Shown here one piece after another: positions 61,622 to 64,000 of a stretch of 64,000 nt of DNA (positions within the stretch are counted from its first letter, which is position 1; every line of letters begins with the position of its first letter). The notes below the pieces were generated by a model. The model worked only from the letters and a program-made list of their open reading frames with translations. It did no database searches and was not told the DNA's origin. The DNA comes from Oopsacas minuta. Taxonomy: Eukaryota > Animalia > Porifera. The translations under genes were made by a program, and so were the position numbers. The DNA lies in NCBI GenBank assembly GCA_024704765.1, contig JAKMXF010000332.1:218619-282618 (forward strand). Reading direction: 5' to 3'.

Positions 61622-63122
61622 CAGGGTTAGGCATAAGTTCTGCAACAAAATTGAAATTAAGCTAGAGGTTCTGCGAATGGTTTTAGGTGAATAATTATTT
61701 ATCATATATTATCTTCAATATCTTTTTATACAATATTTAGAGTATTGAGTCCTACTAGAAAGATTTTTTTGATTTATGGACAAAGAAGCAAAACGGTCAC
61801 TGATAATCTTGTATCATAATGAAGGCAAGTCAGCTTCCATAATATCAAAAATGCTGTCCATAAACAGATGGATAGTCTACCGTACAATCAAACGTTACAA
61901 GGAGACTGGCAGTACCCAGGACAGGTTCAGAAAAGGTAGACCTCGTTCTATTCGTACTCCCGCTGTTAGGAAGCTCGTCCGGGAGAGGGTCAAGAAGAAT
62001 CCTGTCAGAAGCATCTAAGGTATGGCAAAAGACTTCAATATTTCAACCAGAAGTATGGGGAGGATAGTAAAAGAGGATTTAGGCTTAAAATGCTACAAAT
62101 TTCGAGAGGTACAGTTACTTTCTGAGGTGAATAAGAGGCGTAGGTATGAAAAATGTCTGATTCTGAGAAAAAGGTTTACTGGTGGCACGCACCAGAGTAT
62201 TGTCTTCTCCGATGAGAAGATTTTTACCGTAGAGATGGCATATAGTCGCCAAAACAGTCGAATTCTTGCTCCAGATCAAAAGTCTATATCGTCATCAATA
62301 CGCACAATCAAAAGAACTCAGAAACCTGCATCGGTCATGGTTTGGGGAGCTATTACCTCTGATGGTCGGACACCTCTGGTGTTCATTGACAAAGGGGTGA
62401 AAATTAACAAAGAGGTGTATGTAGAGAGCATTTTAGAGAACGCATTGAAGCCTTGGGCTGGTGAGCACTTCAANNNNNNNNNNNNNNNNNNNNNNNNNNN
62501 NNNNNNNNNNNNNNNNNNNNNNNNNNNNNNNNNNNNNNNNNNNNNNNNNNNNNNNNNNNNNNNNNNNNNNNNNNNNNNNNNNNNNNNNNNNNNNNNNNNN
62601 NNNNNNNNNNNNNNNNNNNNNNNNNNNNNNNNNNNNNNNNNNATTGAAGCCTTGGGCTGGTGAGCACTTCAATGGCGCGCATTGGGTGTTCCAGCAAGAT
62701 TCCGCTCCCTCCCATAAAGCCAAAATGACATCTGAGTGGTTGAAACTCAATGTACCGGAATTTATATCAACTGAAGAATGGCCGGCCTCTTCTCCAGATC
62801 TAAACCCTATGGATTTCTGTATATGGTCCATCTTAGAGTCCAGGGTATGTGCAAAGCCTCACAAGAATGTCGAAAGTCTGAAGTCTTCCTTGATAAGAGA
62901 GTGGGATTTAATTAGTGAGGACGTGTTGCGTGCTGCTGCTGATAATTTCTATAAGCGATTGAGCCTATGTATTTCAGCAAAGGGCAATACATTCGAAGAG
63001 CAAGATTAATTTCGTATCCTTAGTATGTATATTCACTAATTCATTACGAATTTCAACAACTATTATGGTAAGATAAGAAATATACTAGTTTATACTTGTT
63101 GCAGAACTTATGCCTAACCCTG
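61622..63122 (+). mobile_element. Near-intact maT (DD37D) element; transposase 61776-63009 with one stop at 62016-62018 and an N gap
   Basis: 27-bp perfect TIR CAGGGTTAGGCATAAGTTCTGCAACAA, flanked by TA. Motifs are VFSDEKIF, FQQDSAP and SSPDLNPMD (D37D). Confidence 0.95.
62473..62642. other. Assembly gap (170 N)
   Basis: Run of N, flanked on both sides by the same 30-mer ATTGAAGCCTTGGGCTGGTGAGCACTTCAA. Confidence 0.98.
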
Positions 63123-64000
63123 TATAGCTCAGCTATTCTATATTCCAGCTTGTATTTTACCCAAACTGTACTATATATTAGCTCAGGCAGCTCAGCTGTA
63201 TACGTCTCATGAATCTGTTAAAATATTCATGTACGAATCATATTTTATTAACAAAAAAGAATTTTTGAAAATGTAACCATAAGTTGATATTTTCGGGGTC
63301 ATAATTTGGTGTCCAATAGAAATCGAGAAGATGTAAATGACAAGTAGGGATGGATATAATCCAAATTCTATCAACTGTGAACTGTGCTTAAAATCTATGA
63401 CAGTTTAACTATCCTAATAAGTGAAATTGGAAATGTAAAATGTTTCACATGTCATAATTCCAATTTCACTCCAACTTGTGATGAGTATTCACGTTGCAAT
63501 GTTTCTCAAAGTCTATCTACACAACCATACATATAAGGTATTATAGATCTCACAATTCTAATACGTATTCAATATCATAGAGACATAGATAGATAAAATA
63601 TCATGTTGACTGATAATATATTGAGTATAAATAACGAACTTTATCTATTTCATAAAATAGCATCACTAAAAGTATAAATATTTATTATCAATCATTAATG
63701 GAATGATATGACCAAACTAGTGTGTGAAAATATTATGTATAATACCGTGAAACAGCCACTGTTTGTTGTAACTTGTCTTACTACACGGAGTATAACAGAA
63801 TTATTTGAGATTTATAGAAAAGCTTCCATGGACATAACAATATATTAGGATAGTTAAACTTTCATAAAACAGACCTATATATATAATTCTTTTTGAACAA
63901 ATTTGGGAATTATTTAACTATCCCAGGAAAATACCTCAAGTAAACACTGATAGATTCCATTCTGAAAAGAAAAAGTAAAACGAACAACTATTTGTGTATT

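Noticed and set aside
63300-63540. CxxC pairs (NCELC, KCFTC) suggesting a zinc-finger gene
   Set aside because: They are short, interrupted by stops and have no supporting downstream motif.

Overview
This is an AT-rich eukaryotic (probably invertebrate animal) window made almost entirely of DNA transposons and their remnants. I could not identify any host housekeeping gene. The main structure is a nested stack at about 24.0-42.3 kb. An old hAT remnant is split by a 16.7-kb Foldback/NOF-type (Mutator-like) element (25338-42073, ~450-bp TIRs) that carries a decayed transposase followed by an OTU protease domain. That element is in turn interrupted by a Chapaev3-type element (26827-29082, TAA TSD), a ZMYM1-like hAT (32682-35470, GACAAGAT TSD) and an apparently intact Ginger element (35751-41710, 42-bp perfect TIRs, GTAC TSD). 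The Ginger gene splices through six in-phase GT-AG introns into an 894-aa D(35)E integrase-type transposase fused to a USP-like (papain-fold, deubiquitinase-like) domain, which is the most interesting item here. Other contents: a Crypton-like tyrosine recombinase pseudogene lying head-to-head with an NRF1-DBD-like ORF; a four-family Tc1/mariner nest (10861-16163) and several more Tc1/mariner copies; MULE, Transib, Chapaev and hAT remnants; a near-intact piggyBac ORF; MITEs; a 14-copy 44-bp palindromic minisatellite; and one assembly gap that looks like a spurious overlap. All family assignments come from motif recognition by eye, not from database searches.
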